Positions 28,066 through 37,342 of a stretch of 64,000 bases of DNA are shown here, piece by piece. Position 1 is the stretch's first letter. Each line of letters opens with the position of its first letter. A program made the position numbers and the translations under genes. Under the pieces are notes generated by a model, which worked only from the letters and a program-made list of their open reading frames with translations, was not told the origin of the DNA and ran no database searches. The stretch is taken from the IMG/VR virus record IMGVR_UViG_3300021960_000018, one strand, 5' to 3'. Origin of the DNA: a virus.

Positions 28066-28414
28066 TCTCTGCTACTTTATCCATATCAAAATTAACACTC
28101 ACGCCGCAGCCACAAGAAGATTGCGCATTCGGATTTGAAATCTCAAATGTTGATCCAATAATGGATTTTGTATAATCAATAGTGGAACCAAGTAGAAACA
28201 TTAAACTTGTTGATCCTACTACAAAATTACCATTTTCACAGGGGATCAGAATATCGTTCTTTTCTATTTCAGATTCGGTCATTGTACCCCATTCATATTC
28301 GAACCCGGCACATCCTCCGCCCTTGATATTCAAACTAATCGCATGACAGTTATTTTCTTGACAAAGCTTGCCGATTTGGCTATTAGCGGATGGGGTTAAA
28401 AATACTAGAGACAT
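28055..28414 (-). CDS. iscA: HesB/IscA Fe-S cluster carrier
   Basis: GGGCAGFEY, NPNAQSSCGCGVS. Confidence 0.93.
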   Translation of the reverse strand: MSLVFLTPSANSQIGKLCQENNCHAISLNIKGGGCAGFEYEWGTMTESEIEKNDILIPCENGNFVVGSTSLMFLLGSTIDYTKSIIGSTFEISNPNAQSSCGCGVSVNFDMDKVAENAA

Positions 28415-28591
28415 TTAAGTTCCTTTATAGTCTTCTACGTCTTGAACGCAGACCATACCTTCCCAGGTTTTATTGATTGCAATTTCAGCCTCGTGCATAT
28501 CGTATAAACATTCTTCAAATGTTTCATATTCACCTAAATCTGTTACGATAACAGTCCCTTGAATTAACTGAATCCAAAGCAACATCCACAT
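28415..28591 (-). CDS. Small hypothetical protein
   Basis: 58-aa ORF read manually (MWMLWIQL...) filling the gap; TAATG coupling. Confidence 0.55.
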   Translation of the reverse strand: MWMLLWIQLIQGTVIVTDLGEYETFEECLYDMHEAEIAINKTWEGMVCVQDVEDYKGT

Positions 28592-28932
28592 TATTTATGT
28601 CCTACAGTTTCTCTTTTAATATCGTTATGGTTAAACTCGGCCCAATAAAGTTCAAATGCTACACCATCTTCAATACACTCAAACTGGTGATAGACACCAG
28701 GCTTGACTTTTGTATAGTCACCAGGGCCTAGTACAGTCTCATCCACCAGATCATAATCTTTTTGCCATACACGAATAAGCATACGACCTGATTCTACATA
28801 GAAGCCATTCCACTTATACTCATGAAGGTGTTTAGAACACACACCACCAGCTTCCATCTCAATTCGATGAAACTCGAGCACACCATTAGCTTCAATTAGT
28901 TCAGTCGTACCCCACACTTTTCCTGCGATCAT
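28591..28932 (-). CDS. Cupin protein (mannose-6-phosphate isomerase-like)
   Basis: KVWG, CSKHLH, PGVYHQF. Confidence 0.8.
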   Translation of the reverse strand: MIAGKVWGTTELIEANGVLEFHRIEMEAGGVCSKHLHEYKWNGFYVESGRMLIRVWQKDYDLVDETVLGPGDYTKVKPGVYHQFECIEDGVAFELYWAEFNHNDIKRETVGHK

Positions 28933-29264
28933 TTCCCATCACCTTTCAAACATTTGCGAACATGCTCGATCTTATAATCACGATCCCAACCCTTTAAATA
29001 GTCGTTGTCACGATCAAAGAATGTCAGCATTTCATCTTCAGTGCATTCGTAGTGATCTACGATCTGTTCACCAAGCCATTCCTGTGAAAACTCTTCACAC
29101 TCTTGCATAGTTACTGTATCTAGTGCCCAATCAACTAGATCTTTTTCGGTTGGGGTAACATCTGTATTCAACTTACTCAAATCATCTTTGTGCATTACAT
29201 AACGCATACGATGTGTTGAAATAGTTGTTACTACAATATAATCATTGTTCGCCATAGATATCAA
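28929..29264 (-). CDS. Hypothetical protein
   Basis: EFSQEWLGEQI and FDRDNDYL segments; coupled to neighbours. Confidence 0.7.
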   Translation of the reverse strand: MISMANNDYIVVTTISTHRMRYVMHKDDLSKLNTDVTPTEKDLVDWALDTVTMQECEEFSQEWLGEQIVDHYECTEDEMLTFFDRDNDYLKGWDRDYKIEHVRKCLKGDGK

Positions 29265-29481
29265 TCACCCTGTTCAATGCATGAATATCTTGGACCAGGC
29301 ATTCCCAGTCTTCTTCTTCGTGTAGCAAAAGCTCACGATTAGCTTTAATATTATCAAGTCGTTCACGTTCCATTGTATACATGTCGCGAGACTCTTTCAA
29401 ACGGTGTACAACCATAGCATCCATAAGATCCCAAACCGCTTCGTGCTCAAGTGCTTTTGCCAATAAATCAATTACTTTCAT
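29242..29481 (-). CDS. Hypothetical protein
   Basis: ORF within a coupled run. Confidence 0.6.
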   Translation of the reverse strand: MKVIDLLAKALEHEAVWDLMDAMVVHRLKESRDMYTMERERLDNIKANRELLLHEEEDWECLVQDIHALNRVIDIYGEQ

Positions 29482-29642
29482 TCATCCATATCCACTATAT
29501 CAAGAACTTTGTTATATTCAATCATATATCCACAAGCACGAAGGAAGTTCTGAAACTGTTCAAGCACTTCATCAAGTGTGCTATCATCATGGACTTCTAC
29601 CTCAATCTTAATCCCGTGTTCATTCCATCTACTAAATCTCAT
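29478..29642 (-). CDS. Small hypothetical protein
   Basis: 54-aa ORF read manually (…LDEVLEQFQNFLRACGY…); ATGA overlaps on both sides. Confidence 0.6.
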   Translation of the reverse strand: MRFSRWNEHGIKIEVEVHDDSTLDEVLEQFQNFLRACGYMIEYNKVLDIVDMDE

Positions 29643-29821
29643 TCATCTACCTCCCAATAACGACAGTAGAAGTGTTTAGGCATTTTATCAATCTCGAATT
29701 GTGGATAGCCTTCGCTCAACAGCCAAGGGATAATACTTTCCCCCTCTGGATAATCTGCAGGCAACGGTTTAGGAAATCCATACTTCCATCCACTAGGTGG
29801 ATCTACCATTGTTCTTTTCAT
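29639..29821 (-). CDS. Small hypothetical protein
   Basis: DPPSGWKYGFPK segment; start MKRTMV. Confidence 0.65.
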   Translation of the reverse strand: MKRTMVDPPSGWKYGFPKPLPADYPEGESIIPWLLSEGYPQFEIDKMPKHFYCRYWEVDE

Positions 29822-30485
29822 TCCACTTCCTCGCATCCTCTGGTGTATTAATCTCAATACCATTAAAGGTTACTGGTAAGACACCAATATCATGTCCATT
29901 TTTTAGCCAACGTAGTTGTTCTAATTTTTCGACGCGTTCTTCTTTTGTACCAGTCATGTACGGATACAATTGTAACACATCTTTGTGGTATCCGTAAACC
30001 CCCAAATGCCAATCTCCGTATCCAGTCATTCCTCTGCCGAACCACAAACATTTATCCCCAGCTCTAACCAGTTTAACCGAATTAGGATTATTTTGTTCTT
30101 CTTCCGGCATCAATGCACAAACCGTAGAGACTTTATAATAATTTAACATCTTTTCGGTTTTTTGGATCATCTCTAAAGTAACATCCGGCATATCACCTTG
30201 TACGTTAATAAATCGATCATAATGAGATAATAATGCAGATTTATTAACAGCGCCGGCACACCGCTCAGTCCCATTTTCATATGGATCTGTATCTACAATT
30301 AATTTATTATCTGGGAATAAATCTATAATTAAAGGATGGTCAGTCAACACATAGGTATCAAGACCGGCCTCTTTACATGCATTATATACTCTGACGATCA
30401 TATGGTGATCACCAAGCATAGTTAGAGGTTTACCTGGAAATCGAGTTGATCCGTATCTAGCCGGAATGAGGATAGCGGTCGCCAT
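29793..30485 (-). CDS. kdsB: CMP-Kdo synthetase
   Basis: IPARYGSTRFPGKPL, NGTER, NVQGD, HLGVYGY, EKLEQLRWL. Confidence 0.93.
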   Translation of the reverse strand: MATAILIPARYGSTRFPGKPLTMLGDHHMIVRVYNACKEAGLDTYVLTDHPLIIDLFPDNKLIVDTDPYENGTERCAGAVNKSALLSHYDRFINVQGDMPDVTLEMIQKTEKMLNYYKVSTVCALMPEEEQNNPNSVKLVRAGDKCLWFGRGMTGYGDWHLGVYGYHKDVLQLYPYMTGTKEERVEKLEQLRWLKNGHDIGVLPVTFNGIEINTPEDARKWNEKNNGRST

Positions 30486-31301
30486 TTACCAATTCCTATA
30501 ATTTCTATCAATAGGTGCTGTTTCTTTTGGTGTATAATGGCATCTATCGATACCATCAATCACCTTTTGAAAATCCATAAGTTTAACCATATTAGGTCCG
30601 TCGGATGGAGCATTTTCAGGATCAGGATGTACTTCTAAAAAGAAGTTTTTAATACCCAAAGCAGAGCCTGCACGACATAGCCCAGGAACATAATCTCGAT
30701 TGCCGCCACTAGAACTGCCTTGCCCACCTGGTTTTTGAACGGAGTGCGTGGCGTCCAAAACAATAGGACAATCAAAGTTATTAAGCATATAGTCAAGGCC
30801 GGTGAAATCAACCACCAAATTATTATATCCAAAACTAGTACCCCTTTCAGTAATCCAAATTTCTTTTGCGCCTTCAGTTTTTGACAAAATGCCTGCAACA
30901 TCCCATGGTGCTAGGAACTGTCCCTTTTTAATATTAACGATCTTATTGCTTTCTACAGCTGCACGAATTAAATCAGTTTGCCGGCATAGAAAGGCTGGGA
31001 TCTGAATAACATCAACACTATCTCTAAAATGATTTCGAATGAACATAACATCTTCGACACTATGCACATCTGTAAGAATCTTAAGATCCGGAATGTTCTT
31101 TTTCATCTCCCTGAAATCAAACATTGTTTGGGGTAAACCTTTACCCCGTTTTCCATTCATAGAGGTGCGATTAGCTTTGTCATAGCTGGCTTTAAAAACA
31201 TATTCAAATCCAAACTGTTCGCAATCCCATTTGCAAGCTTTTGCGATCTCTAAAGATTGTTCTAATGATTCGTGCTGACAGGGACCGGCAATAATACGCA
31301 T
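30486..31301 (-). CDS. kdsA: Kdo-8-phosphate synthase
   Basis: IAGPC, KASYDKANRTS, QIPAFLCRQT, KKGQF, DATHSVQ, SDGPN. Confidence 0.96.
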   Translation of the reverse strand: MRIIAGPCQHESLEQSLEIAKACKWDCEQFGFEYVFKASYDKANRTSMNGKRGKGLPQTMFDFREMKKNIPDLKILTDVHSVEDVMFIRNHFRDSVDVIQIPAFLCRQTDLIRAAVESNKIVNIKKGQFLAPWDVAGILSKTEGAKEIWITERGTSFGYNNLVVDFTGLDYMLNNFDCPIVLDATHSVQKPGGQGSSSGGNRDYVPGLCRAGSALGIKNFFLEVHPDPENAPSDGPNMVKLMDFQKVIDGIDRCHYTPKETAPIDRNYRNW

Positions 31302-31537
31302 TAATAATGTTTCACCACTCTATAATCAAAGGGTTTATGAGTTCTAAATTCTACTTTTGCACCTTCAAGCGTAACACCCTTGAAATAGGTTGAAGTAATT
31401 TTTTTTAATTCCTTTAACTCGTAGGACATAACACCAGTCGTACCGTCATCCTCTTGTGTATAGAGAGTAACGGTATAATGATCACTAAAAATTCTTTTTA
31501 ATAGTCCAGGTTTATTTTTAGACGACTTCATCCTCAT
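31301..31537 (-). CDS. Hypothetical protein
   Basis: TAATG coupling to kdsA. Confidence 0.6.
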   Translation of the reverse strand: MRMKSSKNKPGLLKRIFSDHYTVTLYTQEDDGTTGVMSYELKELKKITSTYFKGVTLEGAKVEFRTHKPFDYRVVKHY

Positions 31538-31685
31538 CCGCCTTTCTTACTGTCCAAGCACCATCGTCTTGTTCTTCCCAGACTAATACAGTGCCAATTT
31601 CCCAACCCATAGAGGTCATCAGTTCATCAGGAAATTCAATAAGCAATTCCCCATTGCCATCATCTTTTAGTTCAAGTGTGTACAT
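31518..31685 (-). CDS. AbrB/MazE-like small protein
   Basis: Manual ORF MYTLELKDDGNGELLIEFPDELMTSMGWEIG...; AGGAG SD. Confidence 0.6.
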   Translation of the reverse strand: MYTLELKDDGNGELLIEFPDELMTSMGWEIGTVLVWEEQDDGAWTVRKADEDEVV

Positions 31686-31696
31686 ATTATATACTC

Positions 31697-32623
31697 CTAT
31701 ACGTTTTTGTAAGCATATTCAAGTGCGCGATCCGCCTCAACCTCTAGCGGACGATTTTCATACCAATTACCATTCTCACGATCAAACTCTTGGCATAGAT
31801 TCGCGATCTGAGATGCAGTAATTGGGTATTCCTTAGTAATTGCTTTAGCAGCCGTAGCTACCATAATCTGGTACATCTTATGATACCAACCAGTTTCAGT
31901 AATTGCTCTGTATTCGTCTGCAAGTTTACGTGGCCAGAATGGACAGTCATTATAACCAGACCAAACATAGTTGGTGTTTTCCATTTTCGATCTACGATGT
32001 TCGATTACAGACCGCTGAATAGCTTCAGGTAGTCTATCCATAAAGTTATTGCTATGCTGTTTTTCTACATACGGGAATCTAGAAAGAAGAGCATCAACGT
32101 CAAGGGTATCGCTGCCACCAGAGAAAATAAAATTGAAAGCGCTATCGTACGTCGCAGGTACGTAGTACATTCGACTAAGGTCCTTAGTTTGACGATCTCC
32201 GGCACTGTCAAGGTAATTGTTGAGTGCCCACCAGAAGTGTTTAATCTGTCCGGACTCAATATATCGCGAGAGTCTGAAGACAATTCGAAACTTTGGTTTA
32301 TCAATTTTACTGCTGGCTGTACTATAGCAAATATAGGAATAAGAACCGCACATATTATCAACAACATCTTTTACGTCCCCATGAATCTCAATGTCGTCAA
32401 CATCAACAGCAGCCCAACCTGCCCAAGTAAGTACGTTTTTGTTGGCTCTAGTTGTATTAGGAACATAGACAGCCGGGGAAATAAGTTCAGCATCTTTTTT
32501 ACCTCCTAAAGGTCGATTAGATAATGCGAATAAGAACCTCTCGAAGTGCGCCCAATCCGAGAAGTCCATCTGCTTTGGTACATTGTCATATTGACTCTTA
32601 AAAGACGTCAGGGAGATTGCCAT
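31697..32623 (-). CDS. AEP/PrimPol-type primase-like protein
   Basis: AVDVDD, YSTASS...KFRIVF, D.QTKD.SRMYY.P; start reassigned to MAISLT. Confidence 0.7.
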   Translation of the reverse strand: MAISLTSFKSQYDNVPKQMDFSDWAHFERFLFALSNRPLGGKKDAELISPAVYVPNTTRANKNVLTWAGWAAVDVDDIEIHGDVKDVVDNMCGSYSYICYSTASSKIDKPKFRIVFRLSRYIESGQIKHFWWALNNYLDSAGDRQTKDLSRMYYVPATYDSAFNFIFSGGSDTLDVDALLSRFPYVEKQHSNNFMDRLPEAIQRSVIEHRRSKMENTNYVWSGYNDCPFWPRKLADEYRAITETGWYHKMYQIMVATAAKAITKEYPITASQIANLCQEFDRENGNWYENRPLEVEADRALEYAYKNV

Positions 32624-33023
32624 GGTTATCCTCGTGGCTAGGAGCTTTCCAACCTTCTGGTTTAAGTAGATCTGGAAGACCGAATGGATTAGGACGGCCC
32701 GGTTTAACACCCGGTTCTTTTGTCATATTTGCCCTATAGACTTTATTCCATGCTTGATTTGCATCTACCCCAAATACGTCTAGTGTACCGATAGCAAATA
32801 CACAAAGGTCGATTAGACCATCGACAATCTCTTCAGGATCTTTATTGTCTACGGCAGTAAGGGTTTCATCCAACTCTTCTTTACACATAGACAACCTAAA
32901 GGCAAGATACTTTGCCATAAGATCCTTATCGTGTTTATTCTCTTCAAACCACTGCCTTACACCAAACTTATGGTGCATAGCAGCAATATCATCGGGCCAA
33001 TTAGACATTATATTCTCCATCAA
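32598..33023 (-). CDS. MazG-like NTP pyrophosphohydrolase
   Basis: EELDE...EEIVDGLID, ANMTK, KPEGW..P. Confidence 0.85.
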   Translation of the reverse strand: MMENIMSNWPDDIAAMHHKFGVRQWFEENKHDKDLMAKYLAFRLSMCKEELDETLTAVDNKDPEEIVDGLIDLCVFAIGTLDVFGVDANQAWNKVYRANMTKEPGVKPGRPNPFGLPDLLKPEGWKAPSHEDNHGNLPDVF

Positions 33024-33046
33024 TATTCATATTATACCACACATTT

Positions 33047-35512
33047 TTATCCAAAGAAATCCTCTAATGTTGCTTTGGGTTCACTTTTCCAACCAATAGA
33101 ATCTAAGATAGATTGGACCGGATCCAAGAATGCTTTGTCGAACTGTAGATCGTAGTCTATATATTTATCCAGACCGAGTTCGGGAGGTAGGTAATCCATA
33201 AACGAGATAACATTCTCTTTTAGAGGATTCGGTAGACGTAAGTATGTATACTTCATCTTATTTCCGTTTTGAATAAGTTCATATTTCTTATCTAGTCGTT
33301 TTTCCGCCAATGCTTTGTTATAGAGGATTGACCCGCGAACGTGAATTGGACAACCTTTTTTATATCCATCAGATGTTACCCATTTATCGATGTCGGTAAC
33401 ACCACGTGGTGCAGCAACCTGATCTGGGCGTAGCTTACGGAACTTTTCCTTACATTTACGAATATATGCCTGGGTTTCGGCTTCGGTGCCTGACATAAGA
33501 ACAGGGAACAGTTCGCGCATCCATCCGCGCGCGACCTCGGGCGTGGAAGACTTGATAGCTTCAATACCCATGATCTTAAGCTTAGGCTTTTCGTATTGAA
33601 CACCTTCAGAGTTGTGTACGTTAAGGATATATCGCTTCTTAGCTTGCCAGATGCCACGGTCAGCAATAACCTCACGTTCCATAACCATACGGTTTTCGAA
33701 GCAATTCATATCATCAAACAGATCTTTCATAGACCGTTCGAACATGGGGTTAAAATGATTCTCGCATGCTTCATCTAGGAACTTAACCGGATCAACCGGG
33801 TTAAACTTTTTAACGAATGGTGCAAAGTTAACATAAACCGAATCAGTATCAATAGCAATAACATAATCGTCGTCAGTGCCTAAGATCTTGTTCAGTTCGG
33901 AGTTAATAGCTCGTTCACACCACTTAATAACATGCTGACCTGTAAGGGTAATGCCCTCGGCAACACGAAGGTCAAAGTATCGGTACCACTTATTACCAAT
34001 AGCACCAAACAAAGAGTTCATAAGGATCTTAATTGCCATTTGTTTGTTTTGGGCCGTGGCAATCTCACGTTCCAGTTCTTTACTTGTACCGTCTTTCTGT
34101 TGCTTACGCATTGCTGCGAGCATTTCTTTCTTGACCTCTTTACGTTCAGCATAATAAGCTTTAACAATTCGAGGAAACGTACCTTCGAACGAATTATCAT
34201 ACTTAGAATCGTTAGCCGCACGAGATACGTTATCTGGCACCCGGGTAGTTTGTATAAGAGTCTCGGGCGACATGTTCCATTGAGCAATGATGTTAGGGTA
34301 TAGAGAGTTAAGGTCAAAGCTAACTACCCATTCATACATGGCAGGCTTAACCTCTTTCACGTACCCGCCCGCGAATCCAACCGACATATTAGCCAGTCGT
34401 TCACGATCTTTCATGGGGGGAACAGCAATATTCTTAAGGGTTAGGTCCCGATAGACAATAGAATCCCAGATGGAAGTAGTACCGAATACGTCAGTAAAGT
34501 TTACACCAGCCTTATAGGCCAGTGTGCATGCTAGACCGATAAGATCCATCTTCTCGTCCATACGTTCTACTAGTTCTACGTCCTTAATGTTATAGTCGAT
34601 ATAGAGCTGATGATTCTCATTATAAAGATTGCGGAGGCTACCATATTCATCGTAGGATAGTTTATTCTCACCAAGAACCACATGGGCAATGTGGTCCAGT
34701 TTATATGATTCTTGTGGACCGTAGCTATAACCAAACTTTTGGAATAGGTCATAGTAGTCCATTTGGCTGATCCCAGTCAACTGATAAGAGTCCATGTTCT
34801 TGTTCTTGAACTGAACCTGCTTTTGACGTACAGATCCCCACGGGGAAAGAGACTCTGCTGCTTTCTCAGAGCCAAGTCGGGTGATACGATTAACGATGTA
34901 CGGAATATCGAAGAATCGAATATTCCATCCGGTAATAATATCGGGATAATCTTTCTTCCACCAGACTAGGAACTTATAGAGCAACTCTACTTCGTCTTTG
35001 CAGTAGTGATACTGGATTAAAAGATGTTTATGCGGGGATTTTTCTACATCATACTCTTTCGTGCCCCAAACGTGGTACACGGAGGAACGAGACGACTTGC
35101 AGGTAATAGCCGTAATAGGGTGTCGGGCTTCTTCTGGGGTAGGAAAGCCATCATCTGAGTAGACCTCGATATCAATGTTAACTACATTGATGTGGCCACG
35201 ATTAAAGGGGATTTCACCGGGAAACTTTTCTTGAATAAACTGCATGACAGGACGATCACAGCCATAGTACTTAAAGCCTTCCAGTCCTTCTTTGTCTTTA
35301 ATCCAATCCCGCATAGCGCTAGGAGACGGCAACGTAATAGGTTCTACGTTATAGCCTTCAAGGGTGCGCCAGCCGGTTTCATTTTTAGATGGAAGAAAGA
35401 GTGTAGGTTCGAATTCATATCGATGTGACACTGGAGTGCCGTTGTCAGTATAGCCACGGTAAACTACACGATTACCGAGAACGTCGACTGATGTATAAAA
35501 TGACAAATGCAA
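33047..35512 (-). CDS. 43: Family B DNA polymerase (gp43)
   Basis: DIE exonuclease motif, DLNSLYP, KILMNSLFG, DTDS, KKRY; TTG start (35506 or 35512). Confidence 0.97.
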   Translation of the reverse strand: MHLSFYTSVDVLGNRVVYRGYTDNGTPVSHRYEFEPTLFLPSKNETGWRTLEGYNVEPITLPSPSAMRDWIKDKEGLEGFKYYGCDRPVMQFIQEKFPGEIPFNRGHINVVNIDIEVYSDDGFPTPEEARHPITAITCKSSRSSVYHVWGTKEYDVEKSPHKHLLIQYHYCKDEVELLYKFLVWWKKDYPDIITGWNIRFFDIPYIVNRITRLGSEKAAESLSPWGSVRQKQVQFKNKNMDSYQLTGISQMDYYDLFQKFGYSYGPQESYKLDHIAHVVLGENKLSYDEYGSLRNLYNENHQLYIDYNIKDVELVERMDEKMDLIGLACTLAYKAGVNFTDVFGTTSIWDSIVYRDLTLKNIAVPPMKDRERLANMSVGFAGGYVKEVKPAMYEWVVSFDLNSLYPNIIAQWNMSPETLIQTTRVPDNVSRAANDSKYDNSFEGTFPRIVKAYYAERKEVKKEMLAAMRKQQKDGTSKELEREIATAQNKQMAIKILMNSLFGAIGNKWYRYFDLRVAEGITLTGQHVIKWCERAINSELNKILGTDDDYVIAIDTDSVYVNFAPFVKKFNPVDPVKFLDEACENHFNPMFERSMKDLFDDMNCFENRMVMEREVIADRGIWQAKKRYILNVHNSEGVQYEKPKLKIMGIEAIKSSTPEVARGWMRELFPVLMSGTEAETQAYIRKCKEKFRKLRPDQVAAPRGVTDIDKWVTSDGYKKGCPIHVRGSILYNKALAEKRLDKKYELIQNGNKMKYTYLRLPNPLKENVISFMDYLPPELGLDKYIDYDLQFDKAFLDPVQSILDSIGWKSEPKATLEDFFG

Positions 35513-35532
35513 TACCTCCTATAGATGGAGTC

Positions 35533-35570
35533 ATTATATAAAATAAAGGGGGATTCGTAAACCCCCCCTT
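35533..35570 (-). promoter_or_regulatory. gp43 promoter (TTTACG-N17-TATAAT) overlapping a terminator hairpin
   Basis: GGGGG-TTTACGAAT-CCCCC-TTTATTTT followed by TATAAT. Confidence 0.75.
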
Positions 35571-35585
35571 TTTGTTTTATTAAGA

Positions 35586-35804
35586 TCAATCTCTATGAGA
35601 AACGAAGGTATACATCTCTTTGGCCTTTGCCATAAGATCTTCCATGGAATACATATGCATGGCATCTTGATATTCGTCAAACTGAATTTTACCCTGCTCA
35701 AACATATTACGAGCAAAATCAACATTCATGTGATACTGGTTGTCCATATAGTCTTTGGCAAGAGCTAGCATCTCGGCACGGATTTCAAATGGATTCTTGT
35801 TCAT
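35586..35804 (-). CDS. Hypothetical phage protein
   Basis: KNPFEIRAEMLALAKDY; ATGA coupling. Confidence 0.75.
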   Translation of the reverse strand: MNKNPFEIRAEMLALAKDYMDNQYHMNVDFARNMFEQGKIQFDEYQDAMHMYSMEDLMAKAKEMYTFVSHRD

Positions 35805-36007
35805 TTCATCACCTTTGCCATAGCTGCACCAGCGGCATTCGCAAATGCGTTGGTATGTTTCATAGCATCTTTAGTGAATTCGGTTTGAACTTTGATGAAG
35901 TCGTTAAGAGGCTTGCTCATCGATTCATCTTTAATCCAGGTATCAACCCAGGATTTCTTAGCGTTCTGGATCGTATCGATCCACATATTTGTCATATACT
36001 CATTCAT
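35801..36007 (-). CDS. Small helical protein (possibly phasin-like)
   Basis: Strong SD; amphipathic helix pattern; function speculative. Confidence 0.6.
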   Translation of the reverse strand: MNEYMTNMWIDTIQNAKKSWVDTWIKDESMSKPLNDFIKVQTEFTKDAMKHTNAFANAAGAAMAKVMK

Positions 36008-36091
36008 GACATTCTCCTTTGTGTTTGTGTTTGTGTAGATGGGGAGCTAACCGTAGCTCCCCGCGGGTTTATTAGGTAACCACCCCATCTC

Positions 36092-36406
36092 TTAGACCCA
36101 ATTACGAAGATTGGGGTTCTCTTCAACTTGTTTTTTAGTGAAGGCTTCCATTGCAACCCAATGAATGTCTCCACGGCAAATACCAATGTCTTGCAACTCT
36201 CTGTCCGATAGTTTTGACAGTCCGTTGAAAGTTTCTCTGTAAACTCTTTGAGCCCACATATACTCTTTTACTAAAGCAATTGCTTTTCGTGTTTGAGCTA
36301 TTGAAATAGCCTCATTGATTTTTGCAAAGAATTTAACAAATCCACTAGTAAGATTAGTTAGTGGATTCAGTAAGTAGTTGTTTAGTGTTAGAATGTGTTG
36401 TGTCAT
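36092..36406 (-). CDS. DUF1127 domain protein
   Basis: YRET..LSKLSDRELQDIGICRGDI. Confidence 0.85.
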   Translation of the reverse strand: MTQHILTLNNYLLNPLTNLTSGFVKFFAKINEAISIAQTRKAIALVKEYMWAQRVYRETFNGLSKLSDRELQDIGICRGDIHWVAMEAFTKKQVEENPNLRNWV

Positions 36407-36830
36407 TTGTTAATCCCTCGTAATGACCGATTTCGATTTTACGAGGACGCATTTCTTCTGGGACTTCATACTTCAATACAATTGACAGTACTCCGTCGAT
36501 CAGGTCTGCTCCATTTACTTTTACGTGTTCGGACAGCCTAAAGGTGCGTTTGAACTTCTTAGTGGAAATACCACGGTGAATGTACTCGCGACCTTTACTC
36601 GCATGTTCTCCAAGGATAGTTAGGGTGCGATCCTTAACTTCGATGGTGAGTTCATCTTTGCTAAATCCCGCCACAGCTAATTCGATTAGATATTCGGTTT
36701 CACCGGTTCTAAGAATATTGTGGGGAGGATAGTTATCCTGTGCATGTTTTGTTACATAGTCTAGTTCATTAAGCAAATGATCAAAGCCAACAAAAGATGA
36801 ACGTGGAAATAGTGATTGTACGCCTGTCAT
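36354..36830 (-). CDS. Small heat-shock protein (Hsp20/IbpA-like)
   Basis: YPPHNI, IELAVAGF, YIHRGIS...F.RTF.L, ADL.DGVL; start MTGVQ after AAGGAG. Confidence 0.95.
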   Translation of the reverse strand: MTGVQSLFPRSSFVGFDHLLNELDYVTKHAQDNYPPHNILRTGETEYLIELAVAGFSKDELTIEVKDRTLTILGEHASKGREYIHRGISTKKFKRTFRLSEHVKVNGADLIDGVLSIVLKYEVPEEMRPRKIEIGHYEGLTNDTTHSNTKQLLTESTN

Positions 36831-36900
36831 GGTTTTCTCCTTTTTACAAGCAAGAACATTACGCCGACCGGTTAATTCCGCATCAGCAAGTGTATTTATA
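36831..36900 (-). promoter_or_regulatory. Late promoter (36893-36900) and ROSE-like RNA thermometer 5'UTR of hsp20
   Basis: UUCUUGCUU pairs with AAGGAGAA (SD) with a bulged G; a second hairpin lies upstream. Confidence 0.7.
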
Positions 36901-36934
36901 CCCATATACTTATCCTCTAGAAGAATACCTGGTA

Positions 36935-37342
36935 TTACTTATTACCAATGTTGTATTTTGGGCACAGTTCCCATTCGTTTTTTTCTTTAAACGAAAGGAT
37001 CTTAATCTGGCGTAATGGTGCACATTGAAGACCGGCTTTAGCATTTACTGTTACTAAACCCCAGTCACTTAACAATGTAGCGATAGTATTACGACGCAGA
37101 ATATCATTCTCTTCAAGATTCGACTTCTTGCCATCCAGGAGAAATAGCTCCTTAAAATGCACAATAAAGTAGCGACCTTGTTTATGTAGAATATGACATG
37201 ATTGGTATAGTTTGCGATCTTTTCTAGAAGCGACACCAATACGGGTCAGCGTTTCTTTTACCTTTAAAAAATCGTCTGGCTCGGCGAGGGTTACCTCAAG
37301 CATTTTGCTTGGGTCCCATTCGTATAAATTATTTTCTTCCAC
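36935..37342 (-). CDS. regA: RegA translational repressor
   Basis: DDFLKVKETLTRIG, LYQSCHILHKQGRY.IVHFKE. Confidence 0.96.
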   Translation of the reverse strand: MEENNLYEWDPSKMLEVTLAEPDDFLKVKETLTRIGVASRKDRKLYQSCHILHKQGRYFIVHFKELFLLDGKKSNLEENDILRRNTIATLLSDWGLVTVNAKAGLQCAPLRQIKILSFKEKNEWELCPKYNIGNK

